A stretch of 64,000 nucleotides of DNA from Candidatus Jacksonbacteria bacterium RIFCSPLOWO2_02_FULL_44_20 (GTDB lineage Bacteria; Patescibacteriota; Patescibacteriia; UBA9629), in contig MHJU01000005.1 in NCBI GenBank assembly GCA_001818155.1, positions 11,805 to 75,804 on the forward strand, written 5' to 3'. Below the pieces are notes generated by a model. It had not been told where the DNA came from and did not search any database. It was given only the letters and a program-made list of their open reading frames with translations. Made by a program: the position numbers and the translations under genes. Shown piece after piece: positions 46,918 to 56,183 of the stretch. Every line of letters starts with the position of its first letter. Positions within the stretch are counted from its first letter, which is position 1.

Positions 46918-46958
46918 GTGGTGTAAACGAATGACCCCTTCTTAAGCCACTCTCCCAC
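46918..46958 (-). promoter_or_regulatory. Putative L1-binding autoregulatory mRNA leader
   Basis: GTGGGAGAGTGGCTT...GGGTCATTCGTTTACACCAC: GTGG/CCAC outer stem with GAG asymmetric loop and an inner stem, 8 nt before the rplA ATG. Confidence 0.65.
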
Positions 46959-49662
46959 CTTTATTTAATGGAGCAACTATATCATCAAATTTTTTCTTGG
47001 TCAACGTTTTTGCAAACAAGGAATATAACAGTTTCATAAATTCCACAACAAGAAGAACAACGGTAACCTCCGCGATAATCATAGCCCATTCAAGCGATCC
47101 TAGCTCTTGCACATGCAGAAATCGGGCAAGCGGAGGCGCGTAGAGCGCAAGCATCTGAAGCGCAAAACTTACTCCTACAGCAAGGATCAGCCAAGAGTTT
47201 GAAAAAAGTTTTCGTATTTGAAACGGATGACCCAGATCTCGTATACTGTAGACATAAGCAAGCGTATTAAAGGCGAGCGTTGTAAAAGCGACTGTCCGCG
47301 CGATTTCCAATCCCTCGCGCGCGTAAAAAAAATAAAAAAGCCCTGCCGTCATAATACCGCCGATAGAGCTGATGAGCGCAATAAACAGTTTCATCTGAAA
47401 AGTTACCAAAGACGCTTGGCTACCAATCGGTTTTTTGTTCAGAATAGTTTTGTCCGCAGGTTCGAGCGTTAGCGCAAAAGACGGGAGACCGTCTGTGATT
47501 ATATTAATCCACAATAGTTGCGCCGCCGTAAGCGGAAGAGGAAGTTTAAAAATAAAGGATGAAACGAGCAAGATAATCGCGGAAAAACTGTCTGCGAGAA
47601 AGTATAAAATAACAGTGCGGATATTATTGAAAATAATTCGTCCTTCGCGGATCGCGGAGATAATCACAGAAAAATTATTGTCTAAAAGTACCATATCCGC
47701 CGATTCCTTCGCAGTGTCAGTCCCGGAACCGAGCGCAATTCCGATGTCGGCCTCCGCAAGAGCTGGGGCGTCATTCACGCCGTCTCCGGTCATTGCAACG
47801 ACCCACCCTCGTTTTCTAAGCGCCGAAACAAGCGCAAGTTTGTCCTCCGGAGCAACGCGGGCGAATACTGAAGCCGTGTTTAGAATTATTTCGCGCGCGC
47901 GATCGTCGCTTTTTGTAAATATATCTCCTTCAACCACTGCTTCATTTTTTCCAATCAATCCAAGTTCAATCCCGATACATTGCGCCGTCAGTTTATGATC
48001 TCCTGTTAACATTAGAACTCTGATTCCTGCCTCTTTCGCTTTTGCTAAAGTATCTTTAACGTCAAAACGCAACGGATCGCGCAATCCGTACAAACACACG
48101 AACGTTATGCCTTCCTCAAGAAGTTCTAGCAAAGGGCGAGCGCGGTCTTTTGCCCCGACTTCACGGAATCCGGCGAGAAGAACGCGAAATCCGTTTTTGG
48201 AAAGTGCTGTAATCCGCTCTGCAATCGCATCTTTTTCTCCGCGGACGATCGGTTTTATCACGCCATTGTGATATATCTGTTTAATATCGCGCAGAAGTTT
48301 TTCAGGCGCGCCTTTGACAAAAAGTTCAAATTTTTCTCGCCCATCGTATTTATGCAAAGTGATCATGGATTTTACGCCTGAACTGAAAGGAACTTCGTAT
48401 AGACGCGGGTATTTTGAGTGGAGTTGTGAAACGTCAATCCCTGATTGAAGAGCTGCCTTGTAAAGCGCTTGATCAACAGGCGTGCCGGAGACGACTCGCT
48501 CGTTTAAGTGCGCATCTGTTTCTTCATAAGCGTCATTGCACAAAACTCCGATCTCAAGAGCTTTCACAAGTTCCTTGCTTTTTTCCTCAACCTGACTTCC
48601 GGAAACCCCTGTGTGTCCGTTTGCCGTTTCTATACGCTCCACTTCCATAATACCCTCTGTAAGCGTGCCAGTTTTGTCAACGCAGATAATAGATGTGCTT
48701 CCGAGCGTCTCTGCCGCAGAAAGCCGCCGCACAAGGGCTTTTTCACGAAGTATTCTCTGCATGCCAATTGCTAGAATCGCTGTAACGGTTATTGCTAGCC
48801 CTTCGGGAATTGCCGCAACAGCAACGGCAACCGAAGTCAATAACATCTCCTCAAAACTTTTTCCGGCCCAAAGACCGATTATAAAAATAACGAATGCAAA
48901 CGCGAGGATTACTCCGCCGAGCATTCGCGAGAATCGCTCAAGTTTTTTTGCAAGTAGCGATGGTTCCTCATCTGACTGCTCTATTGCTTTCGCGATTTTT
49001 CCTATGTAACTCAAACTCCCGATTGATGTTACAACAAATTCTCCGTTTCCTTCAGTAACCACGGTTCCGCTCCGCACACAATTTGTTTGATCTATGCGCG
49101 AAGTTAAAAGAGCGAGCGTGTGATGCATTTTGCATACAGGTTCTGACTCACCGGTAACAGAAGATTCGTTTATGAAAAGATTATTGCTTTTAATGAGCCG
49201 TCCGTCTCCCGAAACGCGATCGCCTGGAGTTAAGCGCACAATGTCGCCCGGAACAATTAGTTCAGCGTTTATAGTTTTCATCGTCCCGTCTCTTCGCGCC
49301 TTGACTGTGTAAACAAGCGCGTTACGAAGCGTTTCAAACGCGGATTCGGCTTTGTGTTCCTGCAAAAATCCAAAAATCGCGTTTACAAGTATTGCAACCG
49401 CAATAACTGCGGCGTCGCCATATTTTCCGAGAGTCGCGCTTATAACAAAAGCCGCAATTAAAATAAGAATAAGCGCGTTTTGAAACTGATGAGCAAAAAT
49501 TGCAAATGCGCCGCGCCGTTTCTTTTGCGGAACAAGATTTAATCCGTATTTTTCGCGGCGTTTTGCGGCTTCAATTTCAGTTAGCCCGAGAGGAGAAGTT
49601 TTCAATTTTTTACATACCTCGGGGATGGTGAGATGATGAAATTGTTGAGATGATTGTGGCAT
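46942..49662 (-). CDS. Cation-transporting P-type ATPase (type IIA-like)
   Basis: TGES, PEGL, DKTGTLT, KGAPE, TGD, GDGVNDAPAL. Confidence 0.96.
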   Translation of the reverse strand: MPQSSQQFHHLTIPEVCKKLKTSPLGLTEIEAAKRREKYGLNLVPQKKRRGAFAIFAHQFQNALILILIAAFVISATLGKYGDAAVIAVAILVNAIFGFLQEHKAESAFETLRNALVYTVKARRDGTMKTINAELIVPGDIVRLTPGDRVSGDGRLIKSNNLFINESSVTGESEPVCKMHHTLALLTSRIDQTNCVRSGTVVTEGNGEFVVTSIGSLSYIGKIAKAIEQSDEEPSLLAKKLERFSRMLGGVILAFAFVIFIIGLWAGKSFEEMLLTSVAVAVAAIPEGLAITVTAILAIGMQRILREKALVRRLSAAETLGSTSIICVDKTGTLTEGIMEVERIETANGHTGVSGSQVEEKSKELVKALEIGVLCNDAYEETDAHLNERVVSGTPVDQALYKAALQSGIDVSQLHSKYPRLYEVPFSSGVKSMITLHKYDGREKFELFVKGAPEKLLRDIKQIYHNGVIKPIVRGEKDAIAERITALSKNGFRVLLAGFREVGAKDRARPLLELLEEGITFVCLYGLRDPLRFDVKDTLAKAKEAGIRVLMLTGDHKLTAQCIGIELGLIGKNEAVVEGDIFTKSDDRAREIILNTASVFARVAPEDKLALVSALRKRGWVVAMTGDGVNDAPALAEADIGIALGSGTDTAKESADMVLLDNNFSVIISAIREGRIIFNNIRTVILYFLADSFSAIILLVSSFIFKLPLPLTAAQLLWINIITDGLPSFALTLEPADKTILNKKPIGSQASLVTFQMKLFIALISSIGGIMTAGLFYFFYAREGLEIARTVAFTTLAFNTLAYVYSIRDLGHPFQIRKLFSNSWLILAVGVSFALQMLALYAPPLARFLHVQELGSLEWAMIIAEVTVVLLVVEFMKLLYSLFAKTLTKKKFDDIVAPLNKGGRVA

Positions 49663-49740
49663 GTGTATTTATCAGTATAACAAAAAAGCAGGAATTGCGG
49701 AAATCCTGCTTTAATTTTTGCGACAAATAAAAAAACTGTT

Positions 49741-50676
49741 CTATTTTTTTCTCTCCCAGTCGTACAAAAGCGGGGACGCGAGAAAGATGGAAGAGTAGGT
49801 GCCAACGCTTATGCCTATAGTAAGCGCGAGGGAAAAATAAAATGTCGCTCCTCCGCCGAAAAAGAGAAGCGCGAAGAGAACAAGGAGAATTGTGAGCGAG
49901 GTGTTTAATGAGCGAACCATTGTGTCGGCAACGCTTTTATTGACGATTATGGCAAGATCATTTTCAAAACGGTGGCGTATCAGATTTTCGCGGATGCGAT
50001 CAAAAACCACAATTGTGTCGTTTACCGAATATCCGAGAACAAGAAGGATCGCGGCGATAAATGAACTGTCAATTTCAACATCAAAAAATTTTCCGAGTAC
50101 CGCAAAAACGCCAATTGTTATTGAAACGTCGTGAATAAGCGCGATAATAGCGACAGTTGCGAATTTCCATGCAAACCCTTTTTGAGACCTGACTTTTCCG
50201 ACATGCCTGAATGCCCATGCCACATAGAACATTATGCCCGAAAGCACGAGCGCTAATTGCAGAAACGCCTTGCTCTGCAATTCTTTTCCGATTGTTGGCC
50301 CGACAGACTCAAAACGTTGTTCAGTGATCTTGACGCTTTCTTTAAGTCCGGCGGTTTTTGCGTATACTTGCGCTCCGTTTTGAATAAGAGCGATTACATC
50401 TCCATGCTCTTTTTCGCTCAAAGCCCTTAAACGTATGAGAAATCCGGTTCCTGTGTCTTGCACTCGCGCCTCTCCAATTTTTGGTTCGGTCGCGGTTTCA
50501 AGCCATCGTTCAATGTCAATCGCGTTTCCGGCTTCTTTCGGAGTGATCGTGATTTCAAAAAGAGCGCCTCCTGCAAAGTCAATGCCGAGATTTAGACCAA
50601 ATAGTATAAGAACTACTATGCTACCGAGAACAAGAGCGCTAGAAAAAATATAGTAAATGATGCGAAATTTTAACAT
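49741..50676 (-). CDS. secF: Protein translocase subunit SecF
   Basis: LGIDFAGG, VGPTIG.EL, HDV, GYSVNDTIVVFDRIRE, GTYSSIF. Confidence 0.97.
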   Translation of the reverse strand: MLKFRIIYYIFSSALVLGSIVVLILFGLNLGIDFAGGALFEITITPKEAGNAIDIERWLETATEPKIGEARVQDTGTGFLIRLRALSEKEHGDVIALIQNGAQVYAKTAGLKESVKITEQRFESVGPTIGKELQSKAFLQLALVLSGIMFYVAWAFRHVGKVRSQKGFAWKFATVAIIALIHDVSITIGVFAVLGKFFDVEIDSSFIAAILLVLGYSVNDTIVVFDRIRENLIRHRFENDLAIIVNKSVADTMVRSLNTSLTILLVLFALLFFGGGATFYFSLALTIGISVGTYSSIFLASPLLYDWERKK

Positions 50677-50688
50677 AACTTTGAACTT

Positions 50689-52422
50689 TTAATCCTGCCT
50701 GTCGGCAGACAGGTTTTGAACTTTAAACTTTTCTATTCCCCACGCCCATCCTCCGCCTCCTCCGCGCCGCGCGATGAATTTCAATAATACTTTAGAAACC
50801 GTGATTGCTGTAAACATACTTATCAAAACGCCGATTGAAAGCGTGATTCCGAATCCTTTAACTAAACTTTCACCAAGCAATATGAGAACAAAAGCTGTAA
50901 TGAGTGTTGAGATATTTGAGTCCCGAATAGACGACCATGCCCGGGAAAATCCCTCGTCAATCGCGGCATGCAAGGTTTTCCCGGCGCGAAGTTCTTCTTT
51001 CATGCGTTCAAAAATAAGAACATTTGTGTCAACCGCCATACCGATAGACATAATAAACCCTGCTATTCCGGATAACGAGAGCACAATCGGAATAAGTTTG
51101 AATAACGTAATAATAATGAGCGTGTAAATCAAAAGAGAAACCGAGGCGATAATGCCGGGCAGGCGGTAGAATGTGATCATAAAAATTACAACAAGAATCA
51201 TGCCGATGATGCCCGCAAGAAAACTTTGCTCCACCGCGGATGCCCCGAGCGTTGCGCCCACTTGATATTGACTGACAATTGAAATTGGCAGAGGAAGCGC
51301 GCCCGCGTTTAACCGTTTGGCAAGCTCTTGGGCTTCTGGGAGTGTGAATGTGCCAGTGATGACTGCGCTTCCGCCGGTAATTTTTTGCTGAACTCGGGGA
51401 GCTGATATGACATTGCCGTCCAAAAAAATAGCAACCATCTTATCAACATTTCGCGCGGTAATTTCTTCAAAAAGCCGGGCGCCATCGGTATTGAATTCAA
51501 GCGATACAATAGGAAATCCTGTATTTTGATCAAATTGCACGCCTGCGCGTTTCAGGTATTCTCCTGAAAGTTGCGTATTTTTCCACTGCTCCAGCGGTTG
51601 TTTTGGATCAAGCGATTGAGTGCGGAAAAGAATGTGGCGGCCGCGAACTTCCTCAACAATATCGCCACCTTCCTTCTTGTCTCCGCACGGCGCAATCGCG
51701 TTGTCTTTTTTATTTTTACAATGCGATTCTATGCGTCTTATGAGATGATATCCGAATGGAGTTTCCACCACTTCTCCATATATCTCGTTGTCTTTTGTTT
51801 TTTCAAAGAGCACTGTGTCAAATTCGGGCACAAACACCCCTTTTTCCACAAAATCAAGGTCCCCGCCTTTTTCTTGAGAACCAAGGTCCTCTGAAAATTC
51901 CCGGGCTTTTTCCGCAAATTTTTCATCTGTCGCGCTTCCTAGTTCTTTCAGTAGATTTTCGGCTTTTACTTTCTGTTCTTTGTTAAACTGCGCGCGCGAA
52001 AACTTTTCCTCCTCGGTAAGAGGGATCGGCTCTGCTTCTTCCTTGAATTCTAAAACCGGCGTGTCGCCGATTCGCTCTATCGCCTGTTTAATATCTGTAA
52101 CGCCCGGGAGTTCAACAATGATGCGATAACCTTCCTTTGTTTTGTTGGTCTGCACTAGAGCTTCGCCTACTCCAAGCGCGTTTACTCGTTCTTCAATTAC
52201 ATTTCGCGTTGCCTCAACCGCGGATGAACGATCCTGCGTCTCTATCTTTGAAAGGTCTGTTTCATATTCAAGATGGGCGCCTCCAGCAAGATCAAGCCCC
52301 AAGTGCAGTTTCACTTCTTTTCGTATCCAGTCAGGCCCTTTTGGATATGTAAAAAGCGCTCCAAACATTCCGAGCGCGAGAACGAGTAGTGCCTGAAAGC
52401 GAATTTTGTGAGATGGAGTCAT
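50689..52422 (-). CDS. secD: Protein translocase subunit SecD with inserted parvulin-type PPIase domain
   Basis: LGLDLAGG, RVNALGVGE, ELPG, GALP, GMAVD.NVLIFER; insert containing SED.GS..KGGDL, FVPEF, ETPFGYHLI, RHILF. Confidence 0.95.
   Translation of the reverse strand: MTPSHKIRFQALLVLALGMFGALFTYPKGPDWIRKEVKLHLGLDLAGGAHLEYETDLSKIETQDRSSAVEATRNVIEERVNALGVGEALVQTNKTKEGYRIIVELPGVTDIKQAIERIGDTPVLEFKEEAEPIPLTEEEKFSRAQFNKEQKVKAENLLKELGSATDEKFAEKAREFSEDLGSQEKGGDLDFVEKGVFVPEFDTVLFEKTKDNEIYGEVVETPFGYHLIRRIESHCKNKKDNAIAPCGDKKEGGDIVEEVRGRHILFRTQSLDPKQPLEQWKNTQLSGEYLKRAGVQFDQNTGFPIVSLEFNTDGARLFEEITARNVDKMVAIFLDGNVISAPRVQQKITGGSAVITGTFTLPEAQELAKRLNAGALPLPISIVSQYQVGATLGASAVEQSFLAGIIGMILVVIFMITFYRLPGIIASVSLLIYTLIIITLFKLIPIVLSLSGIAGFIMSIGMAVDTNVLIFERMKEELRAGKTLHAAIDEGFSRAWSSIRDSNISTLITAFVLILLGESLVKGFGITLSIGVLISMFTAITVSKVLLKFIARRGGGGGWAWGIEKFKVQNLSADRQD
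50694..50713. repeat. Dispersed 20-bp imperfect palindrome, copy 4 (CCTGCCTGTCGGCAGACAGG)
   Basis: Encodes the last residues of SecD (LSADRQD) and is embedded in an AACTTTN tract. Confidence 0.85.
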
Positions 52423-52471
52423 GAGTAATGTTTATATCAAATGTTTTTATGCTTGGCAAGTTTGGCGTTTA

Positions 52472-55081
52472 TTACGCCCCATGGCACTTTTTATATTTTT
52501 TCCCGCTTCCGCACCAGCACTGTTCATTTCGGCCTGGTTTTGTTCCGGTTTTCGGTAAAACTTCCTGACTTTGTATTATTGGCGCGGGCGTTCTGGTATT
52601 CGTTTGGTATGCGATAAAAATTTTATAGATACTGCCCGCGACCTGCCGCTCAATTTCCCGCGTCAGCGCCTTATACATAGAAAACGCCTCGCGTTTGTAT
52701 TCCACAAGCGGATCTCTCTGGCCATAACCGCGTAGCCCTATCCCGACGCGCAAATGTTCAATCGCATCCAAATGGGCGACCCATAAAGTATCAATTGTGC
52801 GCAAGAGAAGCGTTTTTTCTATATGCTTTTTAGCTTCAGAGTCCAAATGCGAACCGTAATCGTCATACTGCGCTTTAGAGAGCTCATATATTTCCCGCGC
52901 TACTCGCTCCTTGTCAATTTCATAATTTACAACTTGTAATTTATAATTTGTAATTTCAAGAGGAATGCTTGCCAACACTCGTTTTAATTCCTCCATATTA
53001 TTTCCAAATTCTCTAAGCGCCTGCTCTATTTCCGCGCGCACCATATCTAAAATTATCGGCTGAAGCGGTTCATCGCGTTCAAACGCTTGTAAAATATCGT
53101 TCCGTCGGCCGTAAATTGTCGCGCGTTGTTTGTTGATTACGTCATCATATTCAACAAGATGTTTACGGATGTCAAAGTTATGCCCTTCAACGCGTTCTTG
53201 CGCCTTTTCAATTGATTTTGAGATCATCTTATTTTCAATCGGCATATCTTCAGGAAGGCCTAGCCGATCCATAATGTTTTTCACTCGCTCGCCTCCAAAA
53301 ATTCTCATAAGATCATCTTCAAGCGAGATGAAAAATTGAGATTCGCCAGCGTCTCCCTGCCTGCCGCTTCTTCCCCGCAGTTGATTGTCAATTCTCCGGG
53401 CTTCGTGCCGCTCGGAACCAAAGACGCACAATCCGCCAAGTAGGCGCACCTCTTTTGAAACTTCATGATCCGGCGGGTTTCCGCCCAAGATAATGTCAAC
53501 TCCGCGGCCTGCCATGTTTGTTGCGAGCGTTACCGCCTTTAACCGCCCGGCTTGCGCGATTGTTTCGGCCTCGCGCTCATGCTGTTTTGCATTCAAAATA
53601 TTGTGCGGCACGCCGGCCTTTGTTAAAAGCTCGCTCAATAATTCATTTTTTTCAATGGAAATGGTGCCGATTAAAACCGGTTGCCCGCGTTCATACTTTT
53701 CCTTAACAGAATCCACAAGCGAGCGAAATTTTCCGCGTTCGTTTTTGTAAACAACGTCTCTCTTATCGGCGCGAATCATCGGACGATTTGTCGGAATCTG
53801 CGTTACATGCAAATTATAAATTTTGTGAAACTCCTCTGCTTCTGTCGCGGCAGTGCCGGTCATTCCGGAAAGTTTCGTATACATGCGAAAATAATTCTGA
53901 ATCGTAATTGTCGCAAGAGTGTGCGACTCTTCTTTAACAGGCACGTCTTCCTTTGCTTCAATCGCCTGATGTAGTCCTTGCGAGTATCGCCTTCCGTGCA
54001 TGAGCCTGCCTGTAAATTGATCAACAATAATCACATTCCCCTCTTTCACCATGTAATCTTTGTCTTTCTTATAGAGAAACTGCGCCTTTAGTGATTGATC
54101 AAGATGAAACGCCAAAGTTACGTCTTCGGTATAGATGTTTGGAACGCCCAGCAACCGTTCCATTTTTGCGATTCCCTCATCACTCAAAGAAACCGCGTGC
54201 CGTTCTTCGTCAACGCTGAAGTCTGCCGCGCCGGCGAGCATTGTAACGAGCCGCGCAAATTTTTTGTACAGGTCCGCGGATTTTCTGTCTGGTTGAGAGA
54301 TGATAAGCGGAGTTCTCGCCTCATCAATCAATATAGAATCAACTTCATCAATAATTGCGTAATAATGCCCGCGCTGAACTTTTTGGCTCATCTCATAAAC
54401 CATGTTGTCTCGCAAATAATCAAAACCAAATTCGCTGTTGATGCCGTAAATGATGTCGGCGCGATATGCCTCTCTCCTTTCTACAGGGCGCAAAAAATCC
54501 ATATCAACCTTAAACGCATGAGTCTCTGCATGCTCTTCCTCCTCATCTTTGCGTGCTTCGCGATCGTAAATTAGCGCTTTTCCCTGTTGCTGGAGGCAGG
54601 ATGTCGTGAGCCCTAAAAAGTTGTAAATGCGCCCCATCCATGATGTGTCGCGCCGCGCAAGATAGTCGTTTACTGTAACGATGTGAACGCCAATGCCAAG
54701 AAGAGAATTCAAATATGACGGAAGCGTGGCCGCGAGCGTTTTTCCCTCGCCTGTTTTCATCTCCGCGATGTTTCCTTCGTGGAGCGTATAGCCGCCCATA
54801 ATTTGCGCATCGTAATGGCGTTGCCCCAGTGTACGTTTTGATGCCTCGCGCACTGCGGAAAACGCCTGCGCGCGAATTTGTTCCAGTTGCGCGCGTTTCT
54901 CTTCAATAGATGAAAATTGCGCGATTTCCTCTTTCCACTTTAGGGTTAAAGCCGCGATTTCTTCATCGCCTTTCTTTTCAAATTCCGGTTCAAGTTTGTT
55001 TACTTCACTCGCGATCTCTTCAAGTTTTTTGATAACTTTGGCATTCGGATCGCCTAAGAATTTTTTTAGGATGGATGACAT
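52472..55081 (-). CDS. secA: Preprotein translocase subunit SecA
   Basis: Start ATG 55081; EMKTGEGKT, DEVDSILIDEARTPLIIS, QLRGRSGRQGD, SEC-C motif CWCGSGKKYKKCH. Confidence 0.98.
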   Translation of the reverse strand: MSSILKKFLGDPNAKVIKKLEEIASEVNKLEPEFEKKGDEEIAALTLKWKEEIAQFSSIEEKRAQLEQIRAQAFSAVREASKRTLGQRHYDAQIMGGYTLHEGNIAEMKTGEGKTLAATLPSYLNSLLGIGVHIVTVNDYLARRDTSWMGRIYNFLGLTTSCLQQQGKALIYDREARKDEEEEHAETHAFKVDMDFLRPVERREAYRADIIYGINSEFGFDYLRDNMVYEMSQKVQRGHYYAIIDEVDSILIDEARTPLIISQPDRKSADLYKKFARLVTMLAGAADFSVDEERHAVSLSDEGIAKMERLLGVPNIYTEDVTLAFHLDQSLKAQFLYKKDKDYMVKEGNVIIVDQFTGRLMHGRRYSQGLHQAIEAKEDVPVKEESHTLATITIQNYFRMYTKLSGMTGTAATEAEEFHKIYNLHVTQIPTNRPMIRADKRDVVYKNERGKFRSLVDSVKEKYERGQPVLIGTISIEKNELLSELLTKAGVPHNILNAKQHEREAETIAQAGRLKAVTLATNMAGRGVDIILGGNPPDHEVSKEVRLLGGLCVFGSERHEARRIDNQLRGRSGRQGDAGESQFFISLEDDLMRIFGGERVKNIMDRLGLPEDMPIENKMISKSIEKAQERVEGHNFDIRKHLVEYDDVINKQRATIYGRRNDILQAFERDEPLQPIILDMVRAEIEQALREFGNNMEELKRVLASIPLEITNYKLQVVNYEIDKERVAREIYELSKAQYDDYGSHLDSEAKKHIEKTLLLRTIDTLWVAHLDAIEHLRVGIGLRGYGQRDPLVEYKREAFSMYKALTREIERQVAGSIYKIFIAYQTNTRTPAPIIQSQEVLPKTGTKPGRNEQCWCGSGKKYKKCHGA

Positions 55082-55082
55082 A

Positions 55083-56183
55083 TTATTTTTGTTGTCTATA
55101 AATATTTTCAATAAAATCCTTTATCTCTCGCTCAAATCTTTCTTGGTTGAATCGTTCCGTCAGTTCTTTGATTTTCGCGTAGTTGAATTCTTTGTCCTTG
55201 AAATGAACTATCGTATTTGCGAGCGACTCCCAGCACTGCTCATCAAAAAACATTCCAGCGACGCCTTCTTCAACTGTTTCAAGCGCGCCTCCTCCGCGAT
55301 AAGCAATCACCGGGGTTCCGGCGGCCATTGCTTCAACTGCCGTGATTCCAAAATCCTCTTCCTGCGGATGAATAAGCGCGCGGGCATGCCCTATAATATC
55401 ATTTTTTCGCTTTACGTCCAGAATTTCGCCTAAAAACTCAATGTTGCTGTTGGCTTTTTTCTTCAGATAGCGCGTCTCCCATCCGCCGCCGATAATTTTC
55501 AAAGGCAGGCGCATTTCGTTAAAAGCTTCTATTGCAAGATCAACCCGTTTATATGGACGAAGCCGAGAAACAACAACAAAATAATTTTTCTTTTCAGAGA
55601 CAAGCGCGTATTTGTCGGTTTCAACAGGAGGATAAATAACCGTTGAGTCGCGGTGATAAAATCGCTTGATGCGCTTAGCCACAAAATTGCTGTTTGCGAT
55701 AAATTCATCCACGCGCCCGGCCGCTTGAAAATCCCAAAGCCGCATTAAAGTCAAAAGCGGAGGAAGAAATTTTTTGACAATCGCGTTTTTATTATGAAGT
55801 TCAACGATATATTCCCATGAGTCGGACCATAAATAACGCGTCGGCGTGTGGCAGTAGCAGATGTGAATCGCGCCGACGTCGGTAATGACGCCTTTTGAAA
55901 ACGCGGACGAATCCGAAAGCACAACGTCGTATCCTTTTAAGTTCAAGGATTCAACCGCGGTCGGCATGAGAGGCAGAAACCATTTGAAATGTGTCTGTAC
56001 GAGTCTCTGATCTTGTAAAAATGACCCGGTAATTTTTGTTCCGCTGAAAAATTTTCCGGCAATTGCTGGATCATACAAAATAGTAAAAATCGGAGCGCCC
56101 GGAAACATTTCTGTAAATGTCTTAAGCACCTTCTCGGCTCCGCCGATTTGATTTAAGTGATCGTGAACGAGGGCGATGTTCAT
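55083..56183 (-). CDS. Glycosyltransferase family 4 (WbaZ-like)
   Basis: Start ATG 56183; VHDHL...GGAE, YCHTP.RY, EDFGITAVEAMAAG. Confidence 0.92.
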   Translation of the reverse strand: MNIALVHDHLNQIGGAEKVLKTFTEMFPGAPIFTILYDPAIAGKFFSGTKITGSFLQDQRLVQTHFKWFLPLMPTAVESLNLKGYDVVLSDSSAFSKGVITDVGAIHICYCHTPTRYLWSDSWEYIVELHNKNAIVKKFLPPLLTLMRLWDFQAAGRVDEFIANSNFVAKRIKRFYHRDSTVIYPPVETDKYALVSEKKNYFVVVSRLRPYKRVDLAIEAFNEMRLPLKIIGGGWETRYLKKKANSNIEFLGEILDVKRKNDIIGHARALIHPQEEDFGITAVEAMAAGTPVIAYRGGGALETVEEGVAGMFFDEQCWESLANTIVHFKDKEFNYAKIKELTERFNQERFEREIKDFIENIYRQQK

